DNA of 63,998 bases, the filler included, from Pirum gemmata (taxonomy: Eukaryota): NCBI GenBank assembly GCA_002812295.1. It is 9 parts of 9 records of this genome, joined end to end, with 100 filler letters (N's around TTAATTAATTAA, not from the genome) between each part and the next. Parts side by side here need not be neighbours in the genome. Positions count along the whole stretch, not along the records: positions 7,297 to 14,524 come from PDIN01000168.1; positions 14,625 to 21,839 come from PDIN01000169.1; positions 21,940 to 29,200 come from PDIN01000170.1; 6 more parts are not named here. The stretch is one strand, 5' to 3'. Every line of letters begins with the position of its first letter. Within the stretch, counting starts at the first letter, position 1. The translations under genes were made by a program, and so were the position numbers. The notes under the pieces are model-generated. The model was not told the DNA's origin, searched no databases, and saw only the letters and a program-made list of their open reading frames with translations. This document shows positions 11,024 through 25,321 of this stretch, in pieces.

Positions 11024-11849
11024 TATGATATTATCATGATTTTTATATAATAATATATCATAATAATATAATATAGACTAACTATCATAGCTATTATAGC
11101 TAGAGTCTGCTACTAGAGACCCTACAGGCTTTTTTTTTTGGATTTTCTTTTTTACAGTAGAATAGACCTTATCGATATCGATATAATGATAATATTATGA
11201 TAATATCCCAAAGAAAAAAGGAGTTGTTTGTATATATTTCTGCTGTGTACGGTACGGTACGTATCTATTACTACTCTATTCCTATTTAATACTATTACTA
11301 TTACTATTACTAATACTATTACTATTACTAATACTATTACTATTACTAATACTATTACTATTACTAATACTATTACTATTACTAATACTATTACTATTAC
11401 TAATACTATATTACTATCAATATTACTATTGCTACTACTACTACTATTACTATTACTATTACTGTTAATTACTATTACTATTGATACTATTACTGTTTCT
11501 ATTAATGTTAGTCTACTATCATTAAGGGGAAGTATGCATACAGATTCATCATACTCATAGTACTCAGTGTACTTAGTGTTGAATTACTAACAACAGCATT
11601 ATTAATAGAACGAGAGAAATAGAGATATCTACTTTCATATTTTAGCTGTAGTGTACAGTAATAACATACTGTCGATAACTTATATAGTGCTTTTCATTTG
11701 TTTTGTCATCATAAAATAAACAATATTAATCCATTTAATTTATTTTTGGTATATTTTATTATCTATTTATTGATTTAAAATGTCAATTTAATAAACATTA
11801 TAACCCTCCAAATAAATATTCAGAGTGTCAAAATAAATGAAAAGCACAA

Positions 11850-11956
11850 CCCTAACCCTAACCCTAACCCTAACCCTAACCCTAACCCTAACCCTAACCC
11901 TAACCCTAACCCTAACCCTAACCCTAACCCTAACCCTAACCCTAACACTAACCCTT
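11850..11956. repeat. Interstitial (CCCTAA)n tract directly abutting a MITE-B end
   Basis: ~16 near-perfect hexamers. Confidence 0.95.
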
Positions 11957-12306
11957 GATAACTTTTGATATTGATTCCCTGACACTATTCTAGTCTATAG
12001 GTCTATATTTGCAACCAGTATTAATATGGACAAATTATTTATATTTACTTATAGTACTTTTCAGTTGTTTTATCATCATAAAGTATACAATAAATAGTAC
12101 CAAATTAATACAATATAAATCCATTTAATTTAATTTGGTATGTTTTATTATCCATATATTGATTTAAAAATGTCAATTTAAAGATTATAACCATCCAAAT
12201 AAATATTCGGAGTGGCAAAATAAATGAAAAGCACGATAAATAAATACTGGAACATGCGGGAGAGACATCATTCAATTCATGTTCCAACTTCCAATTTCCA
12301 ACGTTA

Positions 12307-12433
12307 GGGCGTTCAAATACTACGCAACGCCAATTCCTGGTCAAATACAGCTTCAAATACCGCCTACCTACCTACCCCTTGACGTTAATTTCCCGTTAAA
12401 TACCACCTACCTACCTACCCCTTGACGTGACGT
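12307..12433 (+). mobile_element. MITE family A, truncated copy. Other partial or degenerate copies: 26968-27093, 28125-28216, 29682-29800, 31981-32119, 32488-32600, 32899-33026, 34858-34998, 62848-62949
   Basis: Same TIR and internal repeats as 10293-10437. Confidence 0.85.
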
Positions 12434-12509
12434 GAGGTCTGGAAAAAAAAAATCCAATAAAAGTTATCATATAAAACCACATGTACACCTACCTCTCTAC
12501 TAGCGTCAC

Positions 12510-12574
<65 letters not shown>

Positions 12575-15239
12575 GAAAAAAAAAAAAAAAAAATAATAAT
12601 AGACTATATCAATTATATCATAATATTATAAATCAAGGAGTTCTTGAAAAAGAAAAAAACTACTTGTAAGTTGTAGACCTAGACTCGGTCTCCCCTCTTC
12701 TCATCAAATCGCCATTTAGTTGGAACTTCGGAGACGGTACACCCAGCTGTACACCCCCAATGAACAGTATGAGTGAACTTTCAGATCCACTATATATAAA
12801 TTTATTGATCAGACAGACTACTACCAGCAATTTTAGTAGCAAATAAATAAAATAAATAAAATAAATAAAATAAATAAAATAAATAAAATAAATAAAATAA
12901 ATATCTGATATTTTTTAGTTATTTTTTATATGAAAATTAATCATAAATATTCTTATCATAATATTATGATATTAATATCTACTTGAGCCAGCTACTTGAG
13001 CCTCTAGCTAACTAGCTACTAGCTATCGATAGCTTGGACCACTCCTGGACCCTAGCTAGCTCTTGGACCCCCTTGACGGAAGTTGGACCCCCCCATTTTT
13101 TTTTTTTTTTTCTAAACTATATCATATGATAGTAGACAGTCAGCAAGTCACCCCTATCAAATTTATATGATTATTTTTTAAAAAAATATATTTTTAAAAA
13201 AAAGACAATTTTACTACTATTTCACTGTAGAGGATTTTTTTTTTAATTAAAAATAATATGCCATCAGTATGCCATGAGTTGCAATTATTGTAATAATTAA
13301 ATTTTGTACAAAAGCAAAAAATCTTCCTTCACCCAGCAATACTCATTATTAGGTAAAAAAGAAAAAACAAAAATAATATGATAGAAATATACGGGATTAT
13401 ATACCCAAGCCCAAACCACTACTACTACAGTTTTCCCTGACAGCTTTCCTATCTAGCTACTATGATACTAGCTATCGATAGTACTACGTCCCCCAGCTAG
13501 TTGGAAATTGGAATCTACGATTAATAAATAAATGACAAATATCAGATAGTAATAGTAGCGTAGCAGCTATAGAAGAAAGCCCCAAAGCAAAAACTTATTG
13601 ATATATATCATATCATAATATAATAATATACTATAACAACCTCCACATATATGGATTCAGCTACATCAAAAAAGTATTTTTTAATTTTATGTATAAGTAT
13701 AAATCCCAATATGACGACAACTCCAACAACCAACATCCATAAAAACTATAACGCGATATTAGGAACAAAATTAAAAACCAATATTTCTATGATACAATAA
13801 AATAAAAGAACAATTAGACTATATATTATGGTATTTAATTAAATAATTATGAAAAGTACAACTACAACAGGTTGAACAGGGTTGAAGAAGTGTTGAAGAA
13901 GTGTTGAAGACAGGTTGAAATCAAACGACCAATCAAATCATTAACTTATACCAAACTTTCACTAGCAATTTATATTATATTTATATATGAAACAAATCAA
14001 CAAATTACAACTATAATTAACTATTAATAATTAAAAAATCAAACTATATATATATTGTGCTTTTCATTTATTTTGTCACTCCGAATATTTATTTGGAGGA
14101 TTATAATATTTAAACTGACATTTTTAAACCAATATGAAAATAATAAAATATATAGGGATTTATATCATTTGGTACTATCTATTGTATATTGTCTTTCTTT
14201 TTTATTATTATTATCTGATATTATTATTTATTATTTTATTATTAGACTATCAGATAGTGTTTCTAACTTTCTAGTCTACGAGTGGTTAAAAGACTGGTTA
14301 GGCTAGTTATAAAGGAGATCTACTTACTACTTGCAGCGATCTGCTGTGCCTATTTATAAAAGTAGCTACTGTTGCATACTGGGTTGGTCAACCACTGTTG
14401 ACATCTATTTATTTATTTTTCCTCATCTAATTTATTAATTAACTTACAGCTTATTTGACGGTCTGACAGTATGATAGTCTATCATAATATTATAATATCC
14501 CTATGTGACTATGTCAATAGACCCNNNNNNNNNNNNNNNNNNNNNNNNNNNNNNNNNNNNNNNNNNNNTTAATTAATTAANNNNNNNNNNNNNNNNNNNN
14601 NNNNNNNNNNNNNNNNNNNNNNNNTTTTCAAGAAATTCAATTATTATTCAATCCAGCAATCAACGACCAGAAAAAACGCTATTTCACACAGTAAAAAATA
14701 TTATTGCGAAAAAAAAAAAATCATTTGTAAATAATTATAAATAATAAATATTATTTTACAAACAATATAATCACGAAGCCTTTATTATATATGGCATGGT
14801 TATGTACTACAATGCCATACTACTGCATAATATTATTCTTAAAAGCTTATTCCTGTTTTTACAACAACAACAAATATAAACAATATACTTCAAATTAATA
14901 ATGCAATAATAAATATTAATAATAATTATCAACATTAAAACATAATATTGTAAGCTTTAAAATTTATATATATTATGTAACAACAAGTAAAGAATAATAT
15001 TCTTAAGCTTATTCCTGGTTTTACAACAACAACAAAATTTAATAATATAGCCAATACTTAATGCAATAAAAATTATTAATATTATTAATGATTGTTAAAT
15101 TATTAACATAAGCTTTAAAAAATTTACTAGACAAAAATAAATAAATAAATAACGCTCAACAATTAATTATAACAAATAGCAAATTATAATTAGCATTCAT
15201 TATTAATAACAATCAACAGTCAACAATAAATAATCAACA

Positions 15240-16015
15240 ATAAATAATTTACAATAAATAAATTACAATATACCACCTATAATGAACAATAAACAATAAA
15301 AACAATAAACAGTAAAACAATAAACAATAAAAACAATAAACAATAAACAATAAAAACAATAAACAATAAAAACAATCAACAATAAAAACAATAAACAATA
15401 AACAATAAACATTAAACATTAAAATACATAAACAATAAACAATAGATTTATAATTATAAACAATAAACAATAAACAATAAACAATAAACATTATTAATAA
15501 AAAATAATTTATAAACAATAATTTATAAACAATAAATAATAAATAATAAATAATAAACAATGAACAATGAACAATAATCAATAATCAATAAACAACAAAC
15601 AGTAAATCAATAAACAACAAACAGTAAACATTAATTAAACATTAAAAACAATAAACAATAAACAATAAACAGTAAACAATAATAAAACAATAAACAATTT
15701 ATTTGCAATAAGCAATAAACAGTAAAATGAACAATAAGCAATAAACAATAAACAATAAACAATGAACAAAAAACAATAAATAATAAACAATAAACAATAA
15801 ACAATAAACAATATTAATAAACAATACACAATACACAATAAACAATAAACAATAAACAATAAACAGTAAACAAAAAACAATAAACAATAAACTATAAATA
15901 ATAAATAATAAACAATAAAAACTGAACAATATTTTAACAATAAACAATAAACATTACACAATAAACAATAAACAATAAACAATTAACAGTAAACAGTAAA
16001 CAGTAAGCAATAATA
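15240..16015. repeat. Degenerate heptamer microsatellite (AATAAAC)n
   Basis: Tandem AAACAAT units over ~770 bp. Confidence 0.9.
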
Positions 16016-16891
16016 AACAAAGGATAAACCATAACAACAAGAAAAAGTAACTATATTATAATAATATATATTATATCCTGTTTAATGAATTCCACTTATT
16101 ATACTATTATATGCATATATAATTATGTATACATCACATATTGTATAATGTGATGTATTATAAATATAATATGATATGTACATCTATAAGCACCTAAAGA
16201 AGTAAATAGCTACTGGCTAGAGTTGGCTAGCTTACTACTACTATTCCTAGACTACTATTCTGAAAACTACTGGTACATTGCCCAGCCAGGTGAAATTAGG
16301 AAAAGCCCGGTTTCTTTTTCTGAAAGGTACCGAGTTGAAGTGTTCGAAAATTGATGCAATCTGATCCCGATCTGTGTAGGTTGTCGCCTGACTCGCCTCT
16401 TCTCTTCTTTGAACTATCGATAATTAATTTTATATAAACTTGTAAACATTTATGTATACATACTACAACCGCAAGCGTCTACACTATAATTATATATAAT
16501 TATATAATATATATATATTATTCATATATAGACCAAGGGCCGAAAGACCCACATTTGGTTTTATATATTGTATTATCCATTGTAGTCTAAATATCTGAAG
16601 TTTTTAGTGAGTCAAAAAGCAAGACTTTTCATACTTCGAGACTAGCTAGCTCGATTGAGTTTGGATAATATGATATCATACTGTTTGGTGAAAGACTGGG
16701 TCTAAAATAGCTAGCTAGCTAGCTGCTAGCTAGGGAGTCTACTTGCTAGCTAGCTAGTCTAGCTAGACAAAAAACTATGGACTCAACACCAGTCTGCTAA
16801 CCACGGGGCCACCAAAACTCCGCTTGCTCGTGGGCTGGTAGCCAGTCCCTAGCTAGCTACTAATAGAGTCTAGCTAGCCAGTGACCAGTCC

Positions 16892-17017
16892 CAACTTCAA
16901 AAGAGCACCTTCGTTTGTTTTACAGTGATAGACCAATGTCAAGCAAGTTCAAGGCTGTGCGAAAAATTCAAAGGTCCACTCACAATAACGAAAAAAAGCA
17001 ATGGGAGTAGTCTACGA
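16892..17017 (+). pseudogene. Possible relic of an LTR-retrotransposon integrase C-terminal (GPY/F-like) module
   Basis: Translates to ..SRLCEKFKGPLTITKKSNGSSL, resembling KLxxxF/YxGPF/YxI; short GC-richer island. Confidence 0.35.
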
Positions 17018-17529
17018 TTTTTTATAGATTTTTTTATTTTATTTTGTCTAGATATATCTGTATATATATTATTTGTAAATAATTATATTAAAAAATAAGT
17101 ATATTTCGAGATTGAAACCTATCTTTCGATAATATTTTTTTATATATATTTATTTTAAAAAATAGAAGGTAGTTATTAGAGACTGATGTTAGAGAACTAT
17201 CTATGTTCTAAAAAAGAACTACCAACTAAAAAACATTTATAATATTTTTAATAGTATTTTATAGTATAATGTTATGTAAAACAGATAACAAGTCAAAGCC
17301 AAAAACTAAACCAAAACAAAATAATAATATTAATTAGTCCACTATATATAAACAGTACTAGTTATCAATGTAAAATCATTTAAATTCATACATACATAAT
17401 AATAATGATTTATTATTATCCTTTATAAGCAATATGAAGGAGCACTATCATGCATGTAGTTGTTAGATTGGTTATATTATTATTTTATACACATTCACTA
17501 AACTTATAATATATACATTATTATACATA

Positions 17530-17705
17530 TCTAAAAATCTTTTTTTAAAAAATTAAAATACTAACTAGCCAAATTATTTTTAAAAACTAGCTATTGGTTC
17601 ATAAAAGAGTTTTTTTAGTTAGACTATTTCTCAAAATTTGGTATTACTTTCATTAAAATTGGACCATTTTGAGATTTCTTGGATTTTTGAGCTCATATGA
17701 CGGAT
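17530..17705 (+). mobile_element. Dispersed repeat family G (~200 bp); copies 18697-18922, 55070-55260, 58620-58825 (reverse)
   Basis: Shared ACTAGCCAAATTAT..GAGTTTT..AGTTAGAC..CTCAAA..TGGTA(G/T)TACTTT..GATTTT..GCTCA; termini not resolved. Confidence 0.75.
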
Positions 17706-18237
17706 GGCACCATTTTCATCCGGCTTGGTAGTTAAAAAAAAATAGGAATAATAATAACAATATGCAATTGTAATTCATTTTATGCCTTTATTCCTTTTTT
17801 TAATTTTCAAAAAAACTTTCACATCCTGGCTAGATGATAAACAACTTTAATTAATAAAAAGCATGTAATGTAAAATATTCATATTTTGATAAACTAATTG
17901 ATGTTTACCTCATTTACTGGTAGTTTCATAATTCCTACAAACATAATTTTTAAGGTAAAAGTTCAACAATTTGGAACCATGCTGTATTTTACAAAATTTA
18001 ATATGGTCTTGAGCTTTTAAGCTTGTTTGGTATTATTATAAATTTAATTTATAAATAACTACAATAGTCTAAAATAACATGCATATGATTATATATAAGC
18101 ACAATATCATAACAATGGGTTTTTATTATTATTAATTCTATGAAAAGTGAAAAAAAAAGTATCATTATTTTTGTTAACAGTTTATAAATTGATTTATAAT
18201 ACTATTATTATATAGCTATACGTTACTTATGATTATG

Positions 18238-18281
<44 letters not shown>

Positions 18282-20749
18282 AGAAGAAAGAAACAAGAAA
18301 ATTGTTGCTGCTGGTACTGTTATTTTCAAAACTGATTAATCATCTTAATTATTTATTACTTTCTTTAGTATTTAAAAATATAACCCCCCAAAAAGAATCA
18401 AAACCCGAAAAGAATCAAACCCCAAAATGAAGCACTTTTGTCCAAAATAATGTGCTCAATGCTACCTACTCCCTGAATGCTACTCCTTAGAGAAAAATTT
18501 TTTAAATAAAATCACATTCGTTAATTTTTTTTAAAAATTTATTAGGTGCCGAGGGTTTTGCAATTTTGACCATGTGACTTGTTATTATCATTATTTTATA
18601 AATACTATTATTATCTCCTAGCTATCTCCTATTATTATTATGATATTATTATTATTATTATTTTATTTATTTTTTTTACACATTTATGAAAGTCAAGCCG
18701 GGTAAAACTGCAGATTTTTTTTTTTCGACTTCTGTTCTAACTAAAAAGCTCTAATGCTAACTAGCCAAATTATTATTAAAACCTGGGTTTTGGCTCAAAA
18801 TGGAGTTTTCTCAGTTAGACGATTAGTCGATTACAGATCTACGATTACTCAAATTTTGGTAGTACTTTCATTAACATTGGAGCATTTTAAGTTTTTTTGA
18901 TTTTTGAGCTCATATGGCGGATAAAAAAGAAAAAAAAAACAGACTAATTAGTGACTAGCTAGAGAACTTGGAAAATGAAAATTACAAAAAAATAAAGAAA
19001 TTTCTATTTATTATGAAAAATACAACAAAGTACAACAAGTTAAAACTAAATGACAATCAAATCATTAAAACTTATACCAAAGTATTGTGAAGCAAATCAA
19101 CAAATTACAACTTCAATTTATACTGTAACCTACTGCCCTTCCTTTTATATATAAGGAAAACAGGAACATTTACACAATGAAAAGGAACCTAATTTTTTAC
19201 TATGATATCGATATTATAATATCATCTGAAATGCTACAATAGTTTACAATTCGAAAAAGCACATTAGATAAATAATCATTAAGCATACAATATATAATGT
19301 AATACAATATAATATAATTAATACGATTCGATACAATGTCATGTAATATTACTTTTGAAAGTCTACATGGTCTCTTAGAAGAGATGGATGCAGAGCTTAA
19401 AATTAAAAATACTAATTATTTATAAATAAAAGTATCCAAACATACAAGGCCACAGTTACTGTACTACCACAGTAGACCACTTAACTTGGCTCTAACTAAA
19501 TAATAACTATTTCAAAGACTTTAATTTTTGAAGTCTTTCATTTTTTTGTTTCGTATATATATTTAGAGGACCTATAGAGGTATATATAATATATTATAGT
19601 CTTTTTGTATTGATTTGGGTCTATTTAAATTTGTAAATAAGTAGTATGGATAGTATATATGCATATAAGTTAGAAACACTCTACCAGACTCTACTTTAGT
19701 CAGAGTCTACTAACTAAGCTACTAGTACCAGACTCTACTTTAGTCAGAGTCTACTAACTAAGCTACTAGTAGCTAGCTAGTTAGCTAGCCCAAGTAAGTG
19801 CTATATATGGTACGCCCTTAAAATACATTGCGTCATGTTTTTATATTAAACCTGAATTATGGCGTCATAAAATTAAAGTGACGTAGATAAGAAATTTTTA
19901 ACTTGGAAAGGGTAATATTTTTTTGGTAGGGAAATCCAACTGGTGGGAAACCCCAACATTATGGTTGGAAAACCCGACAATTAAAAAAGTATTTTAAAAA
20001 AAATGCCTGCATCACCCAAAAAATTTTAAGTCGTCCCATAAATGGGCCCATATAGTAGTCATACTGGTATAATAATTATTAATAACTGTATTATAGTACT
20101 TCATATACTTTCATATACCGGTAGTCTACTAGCTAGTAGTAGGTAGCAGTTAGGTAGCTAACTACTGTAGCAGAGAAAAAAATTTAATTTTGAATCATAA
20201 TTATTATTATTATCGATATCACTATCATAATTATTAGACCTATGATATTATTATCATAATATGTACCAAGGACTTCAAAAAAGAAACTTTTTTTTTGAAG
20301 TAGACCCCACCCGGGGTCTACTTGCATGTATGATACCTGAAAACAAGGACTTCAAAAACCCTTACTAGTCTAAAAAGCATAATATATCACACTACTCTGT
20401 AGCTAGCTAGCTAGCTAGTATCATAGCTACTCTAGCTAGACCTAGCTAGAGTCTGTCCTTCCTAGTATGATAGCTTAGTAGCTAGCTAGCTAGCTAGCAG
20501 TGTCCTTCCTAGCTAAATAGCTTAGAGAATAGTTTTATTAGAATAATATTATTTATAATAGTATATTTATTTAAAAAAATATTATAAATATATAATTAAT
20601 TAATTGAGTATAATTATATCATCTATAGTAGACTTATCTATAGTAGTCGAATTAGATCTCAAACAGACTTCCATAACTCCTAGCTAATAGTAGCTAGAAC
20701 CAGAAACTATCGATTTATTTATTTATAAATGTTTCTAAATAACTGTAAC

Positions 20750-21790
20750 ACACTAACAAACCAACACACCGGTACCAAAACTACATTCAAAATTTCACAT
20801 TACACAACATTATCAACAAAAAAAACAACAATAATTTAATACCAAAATGGATTAACTCACACAATCAACACCAAAAACAACACAGAACAAATCCTAAAAT
20901 TAGCATACAACTATCAAAATATCAACAACAACAAACTAAACTATTAAAAAAAAAAATACAAATTCTAGATCTAGGGTAGAAATCGATCTTTGATAAAAAA
21001 CAAAAGAAATTCTATCACCTAACAATACAACATACCGGTATGTACAATACAATGAAATACCAAAAAAAGAAAAAACAACAACTATAATAGAAATATGCTC
21101 AAAGTTCAGACCACTAGTAGTAACACCTCCCAATAACTGGAACCTACAATTAATCATGACAAACAATAGCATAAGGAACAAACATGTAATAGAAGAAAAC
21201 CTCAAAACAAAAACTTTTATTTTAATTAAAACAACCTCAATAATCTTTGGAATAATAGAACAAAAAAAATGGGAAAAATACTCACAAACAGATCTAGAAG
21301 TATCAATATTAATATAAATTTAAAAAACTACTAAAAATTTCAAAAAGTCACATATGGCCATGGATATTAATTACCCAAAGAAAACCAACAAGACAATGTA
21401 CATCGAAGAAACAGCCTTTTCAATGTCAATATTGGTCCAAAGAATTTCCACCAGAAGACAAACCAAAAAATTTTGAACAGAGACAAACTTGCAAAACTAG
21501 AATAGAAAGTATAAATCCCAATACAAACGACAACTGCAACAACATCCATAACATCGACTATAACGCTATAATATATGGAACAAAAGTAAAAAAACAATTA
21601 CAGTACTTCTACAACAAAAGAACAGCACAATTGCTAATCGTAGACTATAATATTATGGTTACATTATGAAAAGTATAACAAGTCAAAACCAAACTACAAT
21701 TAAATTATTAACCTATACCAGCTCCTATACCTAAGTATTATGAAGCAAATATTAATCAACAAATGAAATATAATCAATCATATACAACTT
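20750..21790 (+). mobile_element. Degenerate non-LTR retrotransposon (LINE) 3' region; shorter copies 13696-14015, 19012-19118, 45735-46060 (reverse)
   Basis: Strongly A-rich strand with broken reading frames. The 45.9-kb copy reads QPFQCQYCFQEFPPE..FEH..EHRQTC (CCHC-like). Copies share a common 3' block and differ in 5' extent. Confidence 0.5.
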
Positions 21791-22297
21791 TAACTTTTAT
21801 TCCTTTTTTTTCTTTTTTTTTAATTTTTTTAATTTTTTTNNNNNNNNNNNNNNNNNNNNNNNNNNNNNNNNNNNNNNNNNNNNTTAATTAATTAANNNNN
21901 NNNNNNNNNNNNNNNNNNNNNNNNNNNNNNNNNNNNNNNTTATTATTTTATAATATATTATTATTATTTATTATTATTAAATTATTATTAATATTATACT
22001 TTTATTATATTATTATTATTATTAATTATTATTATTTGAATCAAGTGGAACTCAAACGCAACTTTATGAAGGGTCTTTGGTGAACACTAGTAACAAGGAC
22101 GAAGCTATTATTGACACATTTCTTCTATCGTAATTGAATTATTAGAATCGAAGACAAAACAGACAAACGCAAGAGTTTATATATGACTACCGAATAACGA
22201 GTGTTTTTTTAATTATAATCAAGAAAATGGATAGTACAGAGGAAAGATCTGCCGATAAATCATTGTAAAAACAAAAGTTATCCTCCATTATCAACTT

Positions 22298-22339
22298 TTA
22301 GGGTTAGGGTTAGGGTTAGGGTTAGGGTTAGGGTTAGGG
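22298..22339. repeat. Interstitial (TTAGGG)n
   Basis: ~7 hexamers. Confidence 0.95.
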
Positions 22340-23067
22340 GTACCTAGCCCTCTGATAAGAAACTTATTTTTAGAAAAATGAAAACAGGTGCTTTGTGGAG
22401 AGTAAGAAATAGCAATTATTATGTTGCACATAATATTATTACACCTTTATCGGAAAATTATCCATCAATTAATTCAAACACACATATATATAATTATTAA
22501 TAAGACTGCTTCTATTTATTATTTGGCAAAAGTATACAGTCTGTAATCTGTTTATTATAGTATTCATTATTATTGTCATTACTAATCGAGTCTAAATTAT
22601 TATTATTGTCATTATGCATAATTATTATGATATAATATCGAATCTAAATTATCGATATCAGTCTGTATTATTATACCTGGTAGTATTCATTACTAATTGA
22701 GTCTAAATTATTATTATTTTCATTACTAATATTATATAAGGTCTTAATTATTATTATTATCATTATGATTTTTGTTCATTACTAATCGAATCTAATTATA
22801 AATATTATTATTAATTATCATTATGATTATTATTATTACTATTGTTGTTGTTATTGTAATAAATATTATTAATAATATACTAGAGTATACTACTGTATAC
22901 TAGTACTATTATTATTACAAATAAATAAAGTAAATAATTTTATTCTTTTGTCTATATAATTTGTTTTGCATAAAAAAAATAATTTATATTAATTAATAAT
23001 AATATTATATTTATTCATTGTAAATAACTATCATACCTTTTTTTTTTTACCCCCCTTTGCCTTCTCA

Positions 23068-23307
23068 AGTAGGGGTGAGATATCTACTGGAACTTTTTTC
23101 GAACAGATGCTTATCGAGCCAACCTTAGTTCCGTGTTTCTTACTAATAATAGCAGTTAAATAACTTAAAATAGTAAANATAGTAAATATAATTATGGTAG
23201 ATACCAATTAAAGTAATAAAATTAACATTAATAGGAATAAAACATAAAATCGGAAAAGTTTCGGCAGCTGTTCGGTAATAATAAAATGACGTCATCTCAC
23301 CCCTACT
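23068..23307 (+). mobile_element. MITE family C copy (TSD not preserved)
   Basis: AGTAGGGGTGAGAT..ATCTCACCCCTACT termini. Confidence 0.88.
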
Positions 23308-23419
23308 GTTCCTACTTTTGTGGTGGAAACGTGACGGATTTGGAATCATGAATTCCTCCTATAGCATCCTGTTCTGCATTTAGATAGTATTTAGATCTAT
23401 TGAAGTGTTACAGGTTTTT

Positions 23420-23616
23420 GAAGATTAGGGTTAGGGGTTTTAAGATTGGGGTTAGGGGTTTTAAGATTAGGGTTAGGGGTTTTAAGATTAGGGGTTTTAA
23501 GATTAGGGTTAGGGGTTTTAAGATTAGGGTTAGGGGTTTTAAGATTAGAGTTAGGGGTTTTAAGATTAGGGTTAGGGGTTTTAAGATTAGGGTTAGGGGT
23601 TTTAAGATTAGGGTTA
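23420..23616. repeat. 21-bp telomere-derived satellite (TTAGGGTTAGGGGTTTTAAGA)n
   Basis: ~9 units; further unit fragments at 23778-23796 and 23929-23945. Confidence 0.92.
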
Positions 23617-23777
23617 GGGGATAAAGGACGTTACCTATACCTCTTTGCCCAAAACAATTTTGGTCATAATTTTAAAGTTCATTTTAATAATTAATTACTG
23701 CCCTAAACAGTTTAAGTCACACTTTCGAGCAATGACTTTATTCAAAAGAATAAGTGACATCCTTTATGAATGTTCCC
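23617..23777 (+). mobile_element. MITE family A2 (second GG..CC, 3-bp TSD family); copy at 29524-29826 interrupted by MITE A; fragment ~10585-10630
   Basis: Right end reads GGGAACATTCATAAAGGATGTCACTTAT on the minus strand; left end GGGG-ATAAAGGACGTTAC; TTA on both flanks. Confidence 0.65.
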
Positions 23778-23796
23778 TTAGGGTTAGGGGTTTTAA

Positions 23797-23928
23797 GGGA
23801 ACATATATATGCTTTACGTAATGTAAAAAAAAAGCTAGCTATATATACATTACGTAAAGCATATACATATTTTTTTATATATATAGCTAGTTTTTTTTTT
23901 ACATTACGTAAAGCATATATATATTCCC
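23797..23928. mobile_element. 132-bp foldback element with ~50-bp inverted arms
   Basis: GGGAACATATATATGCTTTACGTAATGTAAAA../..TTTTACATTACGTAAAGCATATATATATTCCC; GGTTTTAA on both sides. Confidence 0.7.
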
Positions 23929-24912
23929 GGTTTTAAGATTAGGGTTTAACAGGGGAGAGTTGTAGACTCTAAGAGGAAAAAGACTGGAAAAAGTCTACTG
24001 TTTGATACTCTGAAAATCTGAAGTTGGTGTCATAATTTTATACAAATAAAGAAATAAATAAAAAACGTAAAAAAAGACTTTAGAAAAATAAAAAAAGAAA
24101 AATGATTGGTGGATTTCCCTTTTACGATTTTGCCAGATTGCCATTCAAATAATTTTCAATACTTTTTCAATCCAAGTTTTTCTCTCTAGAAATATTTTTT
24201 CTTCTAATAATAATGACATAGAGAACTACACAGAGTTTTTTTATATTATCATATAATAATTATTTTATATAATAATATTTGAAAATCCTTAAAATTACAA
24301 TCTTCGATTATGATAACGGTGTCTAGTTTAGCTAGTAGCTAGTAGTAGACTATCGTGCTTTTCAGTTATTTTGTCATAATAAAATACGCAGTAATAAATA
24401 CCAAGTTAATTAATACTATATCAAATTTATTTGATACAATTCAATTGGCGTGTTTAATGATTTATATTTCAATTTAAGATAACCACGTTTATAAACTTAA
24501 AAGTACCAAATAAATAATCTAAGTGAGAAAATAAATGAAAAGCAGGATAATATTAATAGTAATATTAATAGTAATAGTAAAGTAATTGTAATAATAATAG
24601 CAATTATTAATAGCAATATTAATAGTAGTAGTAGTACTAATACTAATAATATTATTAAAAATATATGGTAATAGTATTAATAATAATAGAATAGCAACTA
24701 GTAATTAGTAATATTAATTAATAGTAATATTAGTAGTAATAGCTAGTATATAGTAATACTAGTAATAATAATTAAAATAGTAATAGTAGTTATCAATAAT
24801 AGCAATAATAATAGTAATTATTAATAGTAACATAATATTATACTAATAGATTTTATTAACAGTAATTAACATTAGTAATAGTAATATAATAGTAATAATT
24901 ATTAATAGTAAT

Positions 24913-24959
<47 letters not shown>

Positions 24960-25321
24960 ATAAATAAAAGTAATAGGAATAAAAATAGCAGTATGATAGT
25001 ATTAGTAGTTAATGGTTATGAACCCATACCTAAGCACAATAATTATAGGTACAGTTAGGTACCCGAAGTCTCATAGAAAAGTAATATATTATAATCAAAG
25101 AATATAATTGTATATAAATTATTAATTATAGAACTTTTTGTTATTATAGATTAATGGTTTGATATAAATTTAATTAAAATAATTATATAATATAATAATA
25201 TATAATATAATATAATATTAATAAAAGTGCCAGTAGTCGTTTATTCACATTAAATTTCTCGCAAAAAGTGTTTATATAATATTATAATTATATTATTATA
25301 TTCAAAACACAAGTTAATTTA

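Noticed and set aside
16535..16560. GGCCGAAAGACC-type hairpin motif (also ~28815, 32853, 47100-47140) as a hammerhead ribozyme
   Set aside because: No CTGANGA core in the required position; at most a small dispersed repeat
23400..23694. RGFKIRV / GLGVLRL repeat ORFs and other VR/GL/NP dipeptide ORFs
   Set aside because: Read-through of telomere-like repeats; no evidence of translation
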